NCBI GenBank assembly: GCA_002897775.1
Contig: BDTR01000032.1
Location: 5,556-69,555, forward strand
Length of the DNA: 64,000 nucleotides
From: a bacterium BMS3Bbin08
GTDB lineage: Bacteria; Nitrospirota; Thermodesulfovibrionia; UBA6902; BMS3Bbin08
Direction of reading: 5' to 3'
Position numbers and translations under genes: made by a program. The notes below the pieces were generated by a model, which ran no database searches, was not told where the DNA came from, and saw only the letters and a program-made list of their open reading frames with translations. This document shows, piece by piece, positions 41,200 to 50,908 of the stretch; positions within the stretch are counted from its first letter, which is position 1, and each line of letters starts with the position of its first letter.

Positions 41200-42840
41200 A
41201 TGCTTAAAGCAAAGTTTGACAGGTTGATTAAAAACGCGGTCATAACCGATCAGGCGCTGGATGACGCGATAAAAGAGTCGGAGCGTTCGGGTAGCCATAT
41301 CGAAGAAACTCTGATGCGCAAGGGCATACCGAAACATGAAATATTAATATGCCTGTCAGAATATTACGGGTGCCCTTTCGTGGAATACGAAGAAGATATT
41401 ATGGTGTCACGAAATATCACAATGGGCCTTGATATGCAAAAGCTGAAAAGTGACCTCTGGTTCCCCCTTTCCGCCAGAAATGGCCGGGCTGAGGTGATAG
41501 TTTCTGATCCGGAAAACCGCGCCGTTGCCGATGATGTTAAAAAGGGCCTTAATGTTGATAGAATCAAATTTTTTCTCGCTCTCCCTTCCGACATAGTCAG
41601 AATAATCGAGAACAACCAGGACGTGAATCCAGGTTTTTCCGCCGAGGCAGGGAGGACCCCCCTTGCCATGGTCAGGACATTTCTCGCGGAGAGGCGTTCA
41701 CTTCTGGCCTGCATCAGGACGTCTCTGGCCAAGGCAAGGACGGGCCTTGCCTTTATCCGCACCGGCATTGCCTTTATTACCGTTGCCCTTGTCCTGTTCC
41801 GGCTTTTCGGCATCGGATATTTGACAATTCTTGAAGCGGTGCTTTTGCTGGCGGGTCTCTTCATGGCGGTTGACGGATTTCTATGGTATATCCCGGCCAG
41901 GCAAAGAGGGAAAAGAATATTTGATTGCAATTGCACGGAACTGACATGGGGAACGAGTGTGCTTACTATTTCAAACATATTGGAGAGCCCTTCTTTTGAG
42001 CGTTCCGGTATTGTGGAGGGGGCAACAAAGCTTCGAAAAGATTGGAGGGGTCTTTCTCCTGTTATGAGGCGGAGGTTCCTTGCCTGTGACAGAACGGACC
42101 TTGCCGAAGAAAGGACGTCTCTCGCCTGTTACAGGACAATGATGGCACGTGCGCGTACAGGGCTCGCATTCACACGAACGGGAATCGCCTTCATAGGTAT
42201 AGGCATCGCTTTGCTGAGACAGTTTCATGCGGGTGTGTGGACTATGTTTGATGCCCTGCTTATTATTATGGGCTTTGCTATGGTGACGGAGGGTTTTTAC
42301 TGGTATTTCCCGGGCCGTAGGGCAGGCGGTAAAGGTTTTGCGTCGGTCAGGAATGTCTATCGCAAACGCAGCATCTGGGAAATTGTCTTTCCCCCTGTTC
42401 ACAGAGATCCCGGCTCTGAGGATGACAGTTATCCTCACATTCCGGTGACACGATCTCAGTCCCCCGGGATATGGGGCACTACAGGCCTTGCCCTTGAACG
42501 TACTCTCCTTGCGGAAAGGCGCAATGTAATGGCGCGGCTGCGTACTGTAATGGCCCGCTCAAGGACGGGGCTGGCTTTTGTACGGACAGGGATGAGTATC
42601 TCTGCCGTGGGCGCCGGTCTTCTGGTATATTTCGGCGTCGGACTTCTTACATGGACGATATTTGATTCCGTTCTTATTTTAAGCGGGCTGGCGCTGGTTG
42701 TGGACGGTCTTTACTGGCATATCCCGGCGGACAAAATAAGGAGGCAGTTTCCGTACTGTTTCGGTGATATGGAAATTACCTTGCCTGATTACGGCAGGCC
42801 TGCCCGTTACTGGAAAAAAGTGGTTTTCAATCATGACTGA
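41200..42840 (+). CDS. GspE-N/MshEN-like domain fused to three DUF202-like modules
   Basis: N-terminus resembles the PilB/GspE N-domain; 3x (RTxLA heptads ending RTGLAFxRTG + 2 TM). Confidence 0.8.
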   Translation: MLKAKFDRLIKNAVITDQALDDAIKESERSGSHIEETLMRKGIPKHEILICLSEYYGCPFVEYEEDIMVSRNITMGLDMQKLKSDLWFPLSARNGRAEVIVSDPENRAVADDVKKGLNVDRIKFFLALPSDIVRIIENNQDVNPGFSAEAGRTPLAMVRTFLAERRSLLACIRTSLAKARTGLAFIRTGIAFITVALVLFRLFGIGYLTILEAVLLLAGLFMAVDGFLWYIPARQRGKRIFDCNCTELTWGTSVLTISNILESPSFERSGIVEGATKLRKDWRGLSPVMRRRFLACDRTDLAEERTSLACYRTMMARARTGLAFTRTGIAFIGIGIALLRQFHAGVWTMFDALLIIMGFAMVTEGFYWYFPGRRAGGKGFASVRNVYRKRSIWEIVFPPVHRDPGSEDDSYPHIPVTRSQSPGIWGTTGLALERTLLAERRNVMARLRTVMARSRTGLAFVRTGMSISAVGAGLLVYFGVGLLTWTIFDSVLILSGLALVVDGLYWHIPADKIRRQFPYCFGDMEITLPDYGRPARYWKKVVFNHD

Positions 42841-44086
42841 ATACGATCGCGCTGAAAATAGTTCTGACATTTCAATGGACGGGGACCGTCCGGCAACTGG
42901 CGTGGGGAGATATCGTCTGTTGGCAGACTGGGGTGTTATAGCTGAGGATAAACTCCGTGAAGCCAATGATTCAGCTGTTGCCAGAGGGTTGGCGCTGGAA
43001 ACGGTGCTCACAAGAGATTATCATGTTCCCCGTCATGCCCTTTTAAAGGCGCTCTCGGAGTTGTACCGCTGTCCTTATGTCGAATATGACGAGAGGCTGC
43101 CGATTCCCCCGGAACTCATATCCGGACTTGACGGAGACAGGCTCTCTCTCAGCAGATGGTTTCCGATCATCAAAGATGGAGACACGGCTGTAATAGCGGT
43201 GAATGATCCCTGTGACCGGGCTGTTTTAAGCGAGATAAAGGAATTCATCGGAGCTAAAAAGTACGAGATCCGGGTGGCGCTTGAAGACGATATTCAATGG
43301 TTTATCCGGGATTTTCTGCATACAAAACCTGGATATCTCATCGGGACAGAGAGGACAGGTCTTGCCTTTTGGCGTAATACAATGGCCCATTGGAGAACGA
43401 GGCTCGCCTGTTACAGGAATGATCTCGCCAGGGCCAGAACCAATCTTGCGTTCCTGAGATGGGGGCTGGGAACTGTAGCTCTCTCTGATGCGCTTATGCG
43501 CGCACAGAAATTCCATGTGCCGGTCTATCTTTACTGGGGCATGATGCTCACCGGATTTTCCCTGGTAATATTCGGCCTGTTCGGGTATACGAAAATCAGG
43601 AGGGCAAGAATGTCTCCTCCGGGACAGCAGACCCTTGTTGAGGTAACATCAGCCGTACTGAATTTCCTCGAGAATTATCATTTTATCGAAAACACCGGCA
43701 CAGTAGTGCACACAAAGCAAACAATGCTCGCGCGACTCGGCGATTTCCTTGCCGGTCACTGTACGATTCTCTATCCTTTGCCGGCCAGCAGGGAACGCAC
43801 ACAGTTGGCCCGCGAAAGGAATGTCCTTGCGGGCCAGCGGACAGTGGCCGCTTGCTATCGGACCATCTATGCCCGGGCGAGGACAGGACTTGCATTTATA
43901 AGGACCGGCGTTTCATTCTTGGGCCTCGCCCTTGGTCTTATCAGCTATTTCGGCTTCAGTTTACTGACCATATTCGATTTGATGCTCATAGTCGGGGGGG
44001 TATTGTTTGTGGTGGATGGTGCACTGTGGTATCTGCCGGTGAGAAAGGAACAGGCTGAGACCCCGAGATGTCCTGTGCCTACATAA
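42833..44086 (+). CDS. GspE-N/MshEN-like domain fused to two DUF202-like modules
   Basis: ATG 42833 overlaps the upstream stop; paralogous N-terminus (LSELYRCPYVEY, WFP); 2x RTxLA heptad module + 2 TM. Confidence 0.8.
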   Translation: MTEYDRAENSSDISMDGDRPATGVGRYRLLADWGVIAEDKLREANDSAVARGLALETVLTRDYHVPRHALLKALSELYRCPYVEYDERLPIPPELISGLDGDRLSLSRWFPIIKDGDTAVIAVNDPCDRAVLSEIKEFIGAKKYEIRVALEDDIQWFIRDFLHTKPGYLIGTERTGLAFWRNTMAHWRTRLACYRNDLARARTNLAFLRWGLGTVALSDALMRAQKFHVPVYLYWGMMLTGFSLVIFGLFGYTKIRRARMSPPGQQTLVEVTSAVLNFLENYHFIENTGTVVHTKQTMLARLGDFLAGHCTILYPLPASRERTQLARERNVLAGQRTVAACYRTIYARARTGLAFIRTGVSFLGLALGLISYFGFSLLTIFDLMLIVGGVLFVVDGALWYLPVRKEQAETPRCPVPT

Positions 44087-44320
44087 AACAACCGTTTGTT
44101 CAAGAACCGTGTACAAAATTATTGCTTCTAATGCTTTTGACAATGAGCCGTCAATAGCAGAGGTTTTTCTGCTTTCTTAGCCGGGTCTTATTTTGACAAG
44201 GCTCACGTTTGCAGATCTTGTTGATAGTGTGGATGTGTTTTTTAATTATTGTGAACTTCAAGAATGTGATGTTTTTGATGTACAATATAAAATCTTATCC
44301 CTGGAACGTGAAGTGAGAAA

Positions 44321-46048
44321 ATGCAATTAAAAATCTGGCATAAAATGATTATCGGCATAGCCATCCCTTCCTTAATTGCCGTTCTGGGTGGATTTCTGAC
44401 CTACATATACATAAATAATGTTACTAACAGGCAGCGTTTTGTCGAGATCGCGGACGACCTGAAAGAAAGCGCTTTAGAAATCAGACGAAACGAAAAAAAC
44501 TTTCTCCATTACAAGAATGCCGAGAGTCTGAAGAATCTCGATATCGCGGTCTCGGCTTTCACCGCGTCGATCAGGGATATTTCATCGGTGGCCATTGAAG
44601 AAATAGGGAAAGAAGATTTCTCGGTACTTAATGAGACGATCCAAACATACCGGGATCTCATGAATGACCTGTACAAAAGTTATCGACGGGAATCCGAGGT
44701 CACCGAAAAGGTGAGAGCAGAGGGCAGAAAACTGGAAGATTTTGTGGCAAAGGGGGAACATGCATCTGATCTTACGACAAACTTCGTTTTTAATTTAAGG
44801 CTCATGGAAAAAAATTATATGCTTTTTCGTGATAATAAATCCTACGATGAGTTAGAACTCAAGCTCGGGGAATTAGGGAATTTTATCCCTTTCTGTGAAG
44901 AGTGCTTCCCTTACACAACGGCAATACAGACCCTTATGGATACTTATAAAAAAAGCAATTCGATAGTAAGCGATTTGCAGGTCATGGGAAACAAACTTGA
45001 AGAAACGACAGGGAAAATAGCTGACCGTGAAAGGTTGATGATAAAGTCTTTTCTTGCGCATACCCAGCGTCTTATTCTAATAGCATTTGCCCTGCTGAGT
45101 ATATTAGGCCCTTTATTTATATATAAGACCGCGAAAATAATAGTCGCCCCGATTAACAGGCTTGCCGCGATCACGCAAAAAATAGCCGAGGGAGACTTAT
45201 CTCTTAGAGCGCCCCTCAAGGAACACGACGAAACCTACTCACTGGCCGTGTCTTTCAATACAATGCTTGACCATCTTCAGCTTACTCACGAGTCTCTTGG
45301 GAGAAGCCTGGAGCTACTGCGTGAAAAGCAGGCCCAGCTTGTGGAAGCTGGAAAACTCGCGTCCCTCGGGGTTCTTACCGCCGGAGTGGCGCACGAGTTG
45401 ACAAACCCGCTCAATAATATATCCATGGTTGCCCAGACATATATCGAGCTCTATGACAATCTTCCCAGGGACAAACGGATCGGCTTTATGGAAACGGTGG
45501 AAAAAGAGACCGAGAGGACAAGAAAGATCGTCAATAATCTTTTGAGTTTCTCCAAACCGAAGAAAGCCAACCTGAAGGAAGCTTATGTCAATGTCATAAT
45601 ATTGAACGCCCTGGATTTCATGCAAAACATGATCCACGTTTCCAATATAGATACCAAATTAAACCTTGGGGATAATCTTCCCCACATTCTCATCGATGAA
45701 TCCCAGATAATTCAGGTGTTGATAAACCTTATAACAAATGCTGTTCATGCAATGCCTCCCGGCGGGTTATTGACCCTCTCAACAGGGCCTGGAAAAGAGA
45801 ATTTTATCGAGATCAAGGTGAAAGATACGGGGAAGGGCATTCCCCCCGAGTATTTGGGTCACATTTTTGATCCTTTTTTCAGCACAAAGGGAGTTGAAGG
45901 GACAGGTCTCGGACTATCGGTAAGTTATGGTATAATAAAAACCCATAAAGGGAACATCACTGTAGAAAGTACGGTCGGAGAGGGTACTGTTTTTACCATT
46001 GAACTGCCCGTATATAAAGGAGAAGGAATCAATCATGGAAAGCTATAG
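44321..46048 (+). CDS. Membrane sensor histidine kinase, paralog of 28616-30385
   Basis: Shares LKIWHKMIIGIAIPS and LRAPLKEHDET; AHELTNPL, GTGLGL. Confidence 0.95.
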   Translation: MQLKIWHKMIIGIAIPSLIAVLGGFLTYIYINNVTNRQRFVEIADDLKESALEIRRNEKNFLHYKNAESLKNLDIAVSAFTASIRDISSVAIEEIGKEDFSVLNETIQTYRDLMNDLYKSYRRESEVTEKVRAEGRKLEDFVAKGEHASDLTTNFVFNLRLMEKNYMLFRDNKSYDELELKLGELGNFIPFCEECFPYTTAIQTLMDTYKKSNSIVSDLQVMGNKLEETTGKIADRERLMIKSFLAHTQRLILIAFALLSILGPLFIYKTAKIIVAPINRLAAITQKIAEGDLSLRAPLKEHDETYSLAVSFNTMLDHLQLTHESLGRSLELLREKQAQLVEAGKLASLGVLTAGVAHELTNPLNNISMVAQTYIELYDNLPRDKRIGFMETVEKETERTRKIVNNLLSFSKPKKANLKEAYVNVIILNALDFMQNMIHVSNIDTKLNLGDNLPHILIDESQIIQVLINLITNAVHAMPPGGLLTLSTGPGKENFIEIKVKDTGKGIPPEYLGHIFDPFFSTKGVEGTGLGLSVSYGIIKTHKGNITVESTVGEGTVFTIELPVYKGEGINHGKL

Positions 46049-46403
46049 GATTATGGTTATTGACGATGAAAAGGTTGTCGGAGATATGGCGAGGATGACT
46101 CTTGAACAGGAAGGTTATACGGTAGAGACCTTTTTAAGCGCGGAACCCGCGCTGGAGAGATTAAAGGAAGAGAAATTCAACGTAGTCGTCACAGACTATA
46201 AGATGAAAGGCATTGACGGTATGGAGGTCCTCAGGATTGTAAAGGAGCTATATCCGGAAACGGTAGTAATAATGATCACGGCATTTGCCAACCTGGATGC
46301 CGCGATAGAAGCACTGCGCTCGGATGTCCATGACTTTTTTCCGAAACCCGTCAAAATAAAGGAATTGAAAGCCTCCATCAAACGCGCATTAAGTAAGGAC
46401 TGA
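46035..46403 (+). CDS. Stand-alone response regulator receiver
   Basis: VIDDE, VTDYKM, ITA, KP. Confidence 0.92.
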   Translation: MESYRIMVIDDEKVVGDMARMTLEQEGYTVETFLSAEPALERLKEEKFNVVVTDYKMKGIDGMEVLRIVKELYPETVVIMITAFANLDAAIEALRSDVHDFFPKPVKIKELKASIKRALSKD

Positions 46404-46572
46404 AAAGAGACAAATTACCTTTACTATACGGGAAGCTTTTGACCCGTAAGACGATACCCGTGGGCATTTCGGGCTTTTCTATTTTCCTCCGGAAGTCAAA
46501 AACAAGTTCGAAATTGTTACAGTAAATAAAATTGCGGAAGCGGTTTACAGGTACTTGCGGCGAATCCGGGAT

Positions 46573-46896
46573 TTACAACAGGGTTTTCAGGAACTCCCTG
46601 TATTCCAAAGGCGGTTCTGTTATCTGCATTCCAATGCTCAATGTTGAATGCGTTGTGGCTTTATAAAACCACTTGACCTTGCAGTTTAGAATGAGCTTCT
46701 CTCCTGAAGGAAGACGGAATTTAAGCTTGACAGGTTTTTCACGGGCAATGCCCGGATCGATTCCAGGGGTCGCGTGCAGAATTATAAATATACCCTCTTC
46801 TGAGACGTTTGCTATTATTCCGGTATAATTCCCATTATCCATGACAAGCTCGGCCTCTGAGCTTATAACCGTTCTCTGGAAACGTCTCTGTTTCAT
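46573..46896 (-). CDS. PilZ domain protein
   Basis: QRRFQR (RxxxR) and NVSEEG (D/NxSxxG). Confidence 0.85.
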   Translation of the reverse strand: MKQRRFQRTVISSEAELVMDNGNYTGIIANVSEEGIFIILHATPGIDPGIAREKPVKLKFRLPSGEKLILNCKVKWFYKATTHSTLSIGMQITEPPLEYREFLKTLL

Positions 46897-46956
46897 GCTG
46901 TTTTATTTTATAGTTTCAGTCCCGCATATTCAAATTAAAAACATAATGTCCCCGGC

Positions 46957-48240
46957 TTATATCTCTTCCAGAGCGTTTGCCATCCTGCTTCCTTCCTCTT
47001 CATTTACAAAAAAAAGTAAAACAGCTCCGGAAATGAATAGCACTATAATGGACAGTATGCCAACGCGGGGATCACCAAAGACCACGCCAATCCAGCCCAT
47101 TAATATCGGTCCTATTACCGCCGCGAATTTTCCGAGCATGTTGTAAAAACCGAAGAATTCTGCTGATTTGTTTTGAGGTATGATACGTGTAAAGAACGAA
47201 CGGCTAAGCGACTGCACACCTCCCTGCACAAGCCCTATTGATACAGCAAGTGCATAGAACTCTGTAACATTAGTCATAAAAAATGCCCATATAGTTACAG
47301 CAATATAGACAAAGATTCCAATAAAGATCCCTGTCTTTGGCCCAAACTTCTCTCCAATTTTCCCAAAGGCTATGGCAGACGGGAAACCTACGAACTGTGT
47401 GATCAGCAGAGCGACTATTAACGCGTTTGCGTCAAAACCGAGTGACAGACCATAGTCTACAGCCATGCGGACGATGGTATCAACACCATCAATATAAAGC
47501 CAGTATCCAAGCAGGAACAGAAACACAACGCGCAAACGCCGGACCTCAGCGAATGTTGCGCGAAACTGCCGGAAACCTCCGGCAACGGCGTGCCACCCTC
47601 TTGATCTATCCCTGACCGCGGGTTCTTTCACAAAGAGAAATAATGGAACAGAGAATACTGCCCACCATATTGCCACCAGGATAAATGATAGCCGCACTGC
47701 CTCGCTCTGACCGGATAATCCAAAAAATCCGGGGTTAAGCGTCATGGCCACGTTCAGGGCAAAGAGCAGACCACCGCCGAGATAACCAAAGGCGAACCCC
47801 AAAGCAGATACAAAGTCCACCTTGTTGCGGCCGGAAACATTAATGAGCAATGAGTCATAGAAGATATTCCCGCCGGAAAAACCGATTATACCGAATACAT
47901 ATAAAAGTACCGCAAGGGGCCAGTCTCCTTTTGAGACAAAGTAGAGCGCGCCTGTCATCACTATCCCCATTGATGTGAAGAACAAAAGGAACTTTTTCTT
48001 TGAGCCTCCTCTGTCCGCGATCGCGCCGAGTATAGGCGCCAGCGCTACAATTACCAGGCTCGCGAAAGAGTTCGCGGCGCCCAGTCTGAACGTACTTAAA
48101 GTCGCGTTAGCGTCAGGACCCCAGTATTGCTTGAAAAAAACAGGAAAAAAGCCCGCCATTACTGTTGTGGCGAACGCTGAATTGGCCCAATCGTAAAACG
48201 CCCAGGATATGGTTTTTTTTCTGTCACGCTCGTGTTCCAT
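46957..48240 (-). CDS. MFS transporter (UMF1/Atg22-like)
   Basis: SWAFYDWANSAF, FYDSLL, QSLSRS, EFFGFY. Confidence 0.9.
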   Translation of the reverse strand: MEHERDRKKTISWAFYDWANSAFATTVMAGFFPVFFKQYWGPDANATLSTFRLGAANSFASLVIVALAPILGAIADRGGSKKKFLLFFTSMGIVMTGALYFVSKGDWPLAVLLYVFGIIGFSGGNIFYDSLLINVSGRNKVDFVSALGFAFGYLGGGLLFALNVAMTLNPGFFGLSGQSEAVRLSFILVAIWWAVFSVPLFLFVKEPAVRDRSRGWHAVAGGFRQFRATFAEVRRLRVVFLFLLGYWLYIDGVDTIVRMAVDYGLSLGFDANALIVALLITQFVGFPSAIAFGKIGEKFGPKTGIFIGIFVYIAVTIWAFFMTNVTEFYALAVSIGLVQGGVQSLSRSFFTRIIPQNKSAEFFGFYNMLGKFAAVIGPILMGWIGVVFGDPRVGILSIIVLFISGAVLLFFVNEEEGSRMANALEEI

Positions 48241-48315
48241 GGTTGTTTTAAAAATAATAAGAAAGTTCTGCCTTAGCGGGTGGATAACGTTTTCTCCGGA
48301 TGATTCAAGTACAAA

Positions 48316-48591
48316 TCATTTGGTGACCATGTCAGCCATCATCGGTCCGAGCATGTCCTTTACCATGTCGGTAAAATCATCTGCTCTTATTAATGAGATA
48401 CAGCCGACCTTGTCGTCCTTTCCCCACGTTATAACGATCAGTTTGTCACCGGGCTTAATATTCGCTTTTTCCCTTAATTCCTTCGGGAGTATCATCTGCC
48501 CCCTCTCGTCTATGCTTATTACTGATTCCACATTGCAGCAACTCACTGCCTTATTCGACGGATGACAGCCGCCCTTGCTCTTCTTAGCCAT
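48316..48591 (-). CDS. AbrB/MazE-fold small regulator with N-terminal CC (HgcC-like)
   Basis: SCCNVESVISIDERGQMILPKELREKANIKPGDKL. Confidence 0.8.
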   Translation of the reverse strand: MAKKSKGGCHPSNKAVSCCNVESVISIDERGQMILPKELREKANIKPGDKLIVITWGKDDKVGCISLIRADDFTDMVKDMLGPMMADMVTK

Positions 48592-48843
48592 GTCTACCCC
48601 TTCAGATTATTTAATTTTTTCAGTATTTACTGAATATTCTGATTTTACGGTAGCTCATAAAAGAGGTGGTGTCAAGTGTTTTTTTATTGACGATTGACGA
48701 ATAACAATACGCAGTTTGAACGGTTTGAGCAGCCTGCCCCGCTCGCCTCGCGGCGAAGCAGCTGGTACCCTTTAGTGGTTTACGGGGGTTTATGCAATTT
48801 GAACCAAAAACTTAGGATAGTCAACTTTGATATAATGGTAGTC

Positions 48844-49608
48844 ATGATGAACGGGTTTAGAGTTGTGATAATTGTTCTGTGCGCGGTCTTAATGTCGTCT
48901 TTTTCCGCGTTCGCCCAGAAAGGGCTTGATGTGCGGGAGATAGTTGACAAGGTCGACAAACTCTACCGGAGCGATACAAGCCGGAGTGAAGTGGAGATGA
49001 CAGTTGTATCGGAGCACTGGGAGCGGACGTTTACCATGAATATCTGGACAGAAGGCATGGACAGGACATTCATCTATATTACAGGCCCCAGGAAGGACGC
49101 CGGCATTTCGACTCTCCGCATTGGAAGCGAGATGTGGAATTATTTGCCAAAGATCAACAAGGTGATGAAGGTGCCTCCGTCAATGATGATGAGTTCATGG
49201 ATGGGTTCGGACTTTACAAACGACGACCTTGTAAAAGAAAGCTCAATGATCAAGGACTATAACTTAAGATTTATAACACCGGCTGACGCAGAGACTGATA
49301 ACTATTATATTGAGCTGATACCCAAAAAAGATATTCCAATTGTTTGGACAAAGATTATTCTTATAGTGCGGAAGAAAGACTACATACCCATTGAGCAGTC
49401 CTATTTTGACGAAAAGGGGCGGAAAATGAGAATAATGACTTTTAGTGAAATAAAGAAATTCGGCAGCAGAAGCCTGCCTTCCGTATTGGAGATGAGACCT
49501 TTGAACAAGCCCAAAAAAAAGACGGTTATACGTTATAAGGATCTGGGATTTGATGTAAAACTGAAACCGGACGTATTTACGTTGCGGAATCTGCAAAAAA
49601 AACGGTGA
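48844..49608 (+). CDS. LolA-like outer-membrane lipoprotein-sorting protein
   Basis: Signal peptide; MWNYLP, SWMGSDFTNDD, FTLRNL. Confidence 0.85.
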   Translation: MMNGFRVVIIVLCAVLMSSFSAFAQKGLDVREIVDKVDKLYRSDTSRSEVEMTVVSEHWERTFTMNIWTEGMDRTFIYITGPRKDAGISTLRIGSEMWNYLPKINKVMKVPPSMMMSSWMGSDFTNDDLVKESSMIKDYNLRFITPADAETDNYYIELIPKKDIPIVWTKIILIVRKKDYIPIEQSYFDEKGRKMRIMTFSEIKKFGSRSLPSVLEMRPLNKPKKKTVIRYKDLGFDVKLKPDVFTLRNLQKKR

Positions 49609-49677
49609 AGTTATTGAGTAATTAAGTTATTAAGTCATTTTACTTAATGACTCGCTGACAGAATGACTTAATGACTA
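49607..49677. repeat. 8-nt periodic inverted tandem array (family of 1576-1648)
   Basis: gaagttat tgagtaat taagttat taagtcat ... atgactcg ctgacaga atgactta atgacta. Confidence 0.85.
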
Positions 49678-49678
49678 T

Positions 49679-50905
49679 TTGGTTGAAGTGATCATTCTAA
49701 AGATAGCGTTCAGAAATATATTCCGCCATAAAAAGCGTTCCGCTCTTACGGGTCTGATGATGGCCGGAGGGTGTGCATTGTTCGCGCTTTCCATAGGAAT
49801 GGTTGACGGAGGATACGGCAATCTCATCGACATGTTCACGCGTGACCACACCGGGCATATTCAGGTGCATAAAAAAGGGTATCTTGATAAGCCTTCGATA
49901 TATAGTACCATCGATAACCCTGATTCCGTCGGCAAAAAGATACAGTCGGTCGCTCATGTCCAGTCATGGGCGCCCAGGGTTTATACTCCTGCGCTTGCTT
50001 TTGCGGGCAAAAAAACAACCAATGTCCGGGTCGTCGGCATAGATCCGATCAGAGAGGCAAGAACAACACGGATAAAATACAAAGTTGACATAGGGCGGTT
50101 CATCTCCGAAGCGCCTTTAAATGAGGCGGTAATAAGTGACAGGCTCGCGCGGCTCCTTAAAATCGATCTCAATGGAGAAATAGCCCTGATCACTCAGGGC
50201 GCGGACGGTTCCATAGCAAACGAACTGTTCACTGTTGTCGGTATTACAGGTAAGTCCGGGGAAACGTCGGGAACCTCAACATGTTACATGCATATAAAAA
50301 CCGCTCAGGACTTTCTTTCGCTTGGAGGCGGGGTACATGAGATAGCGGTTGTGCTTACAGATCAGGCGCTTACAATGAAGACGGTAGGGTTGATAAAAAG
50401 CGCTCTTCAGGATCCGTCCCTTGAAGTTGATCCGTGGCAGGTGGTTGAGAGCCAGTTTTACAGGGCAATGAAGGCGGACATCAAGGGTAGCTGGTATACC
50501 ATAGTGATCTTTACGATAATCATTGCCGTAGGAGTGCTGAACACAGTACTTATGATAATACTTGAAAGGACCCGGGAGTTCGGGGTCTTAAAGGCGCTCG
50601 GTACGAGACCGCTTCAGATATTTATGCTTATTGTGTATGAGACGGTCTTTCTTGCGGTACTGAGTATAATTATCGGTACTGCAGTTGGAATGTCCGCCAA
50701 CTGGTGGTTCCATGAATACGGGATAACCCTTGCAAACCCTATTGAATACGGCGGCTACTTTTTTGACACAATAACAGCAAAGATAACGCTCCGGTCCCTG
50801 GTCCTGCCGGCCATGATTATTTTTGGCACTGCTTTGATCGTAAGCATATGGCCTGCCATAAGGGCTGCACGAATAATACCTGTAAAGGCAATGAGGTCAA
50901 ATTAA
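49679..50905 (+). CDS. ABC transporter permease (LolE/MacB/FtsX-like)
   Basis: IAFRNIFRHKKRS, ERTREFGVLKALG, PAIRAARI.P. Confidence 0.9.
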   Translation: MVEVIILKIAFRNIFRHKKRSALTGLMMAGGCALFALSIGMVDGGYGNLIDMFTRDHTGHIQVHKKGYLDKPSIYSTIDNPDSVGKKIQSVAHVQSWAPRVYTPALAFAGKKTTNVRVVGIDPIREARTTRIKYKVDIGRFISEAPLNEAVISDRLARLLKIDLNGEIALITQGADGSIANELFTVVGITGKSGETSGTSTCYMHIKTAQDFLSLGGGVHEIAVVLTDQALTMKTVGLIKSALQDPSLEVDPWQVVESQFYRAMKADIKGSWYTIVIFTIIIAVGVLNTVLMIILERTREFGVLKALGTRPLQIFMLIVYETVFLAVLSIIIGTAVGMSANWWFHEYGITLANPIEYGGYFFDTITAKITLRSLVLPAMIIFGTALIVSIWPAIRAARIIPVKAMRSN

Positions 50906-50908
50906 CCT

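Noticed and set aside
41200..44086. Calling these GspE/PilB secretion ATPases
   Set aside because: No Walker A/B motifs; only the N-terminal domain is similar
48694..48843. N-terminal extension of the LolA-like ORF (likewise the 7961, 16513, 52192 and 56750 starts)
   Set aside because: The extensions translate repeats or leader DNA; downstream starts fit the RBS, signal peptide or family N-terminus better
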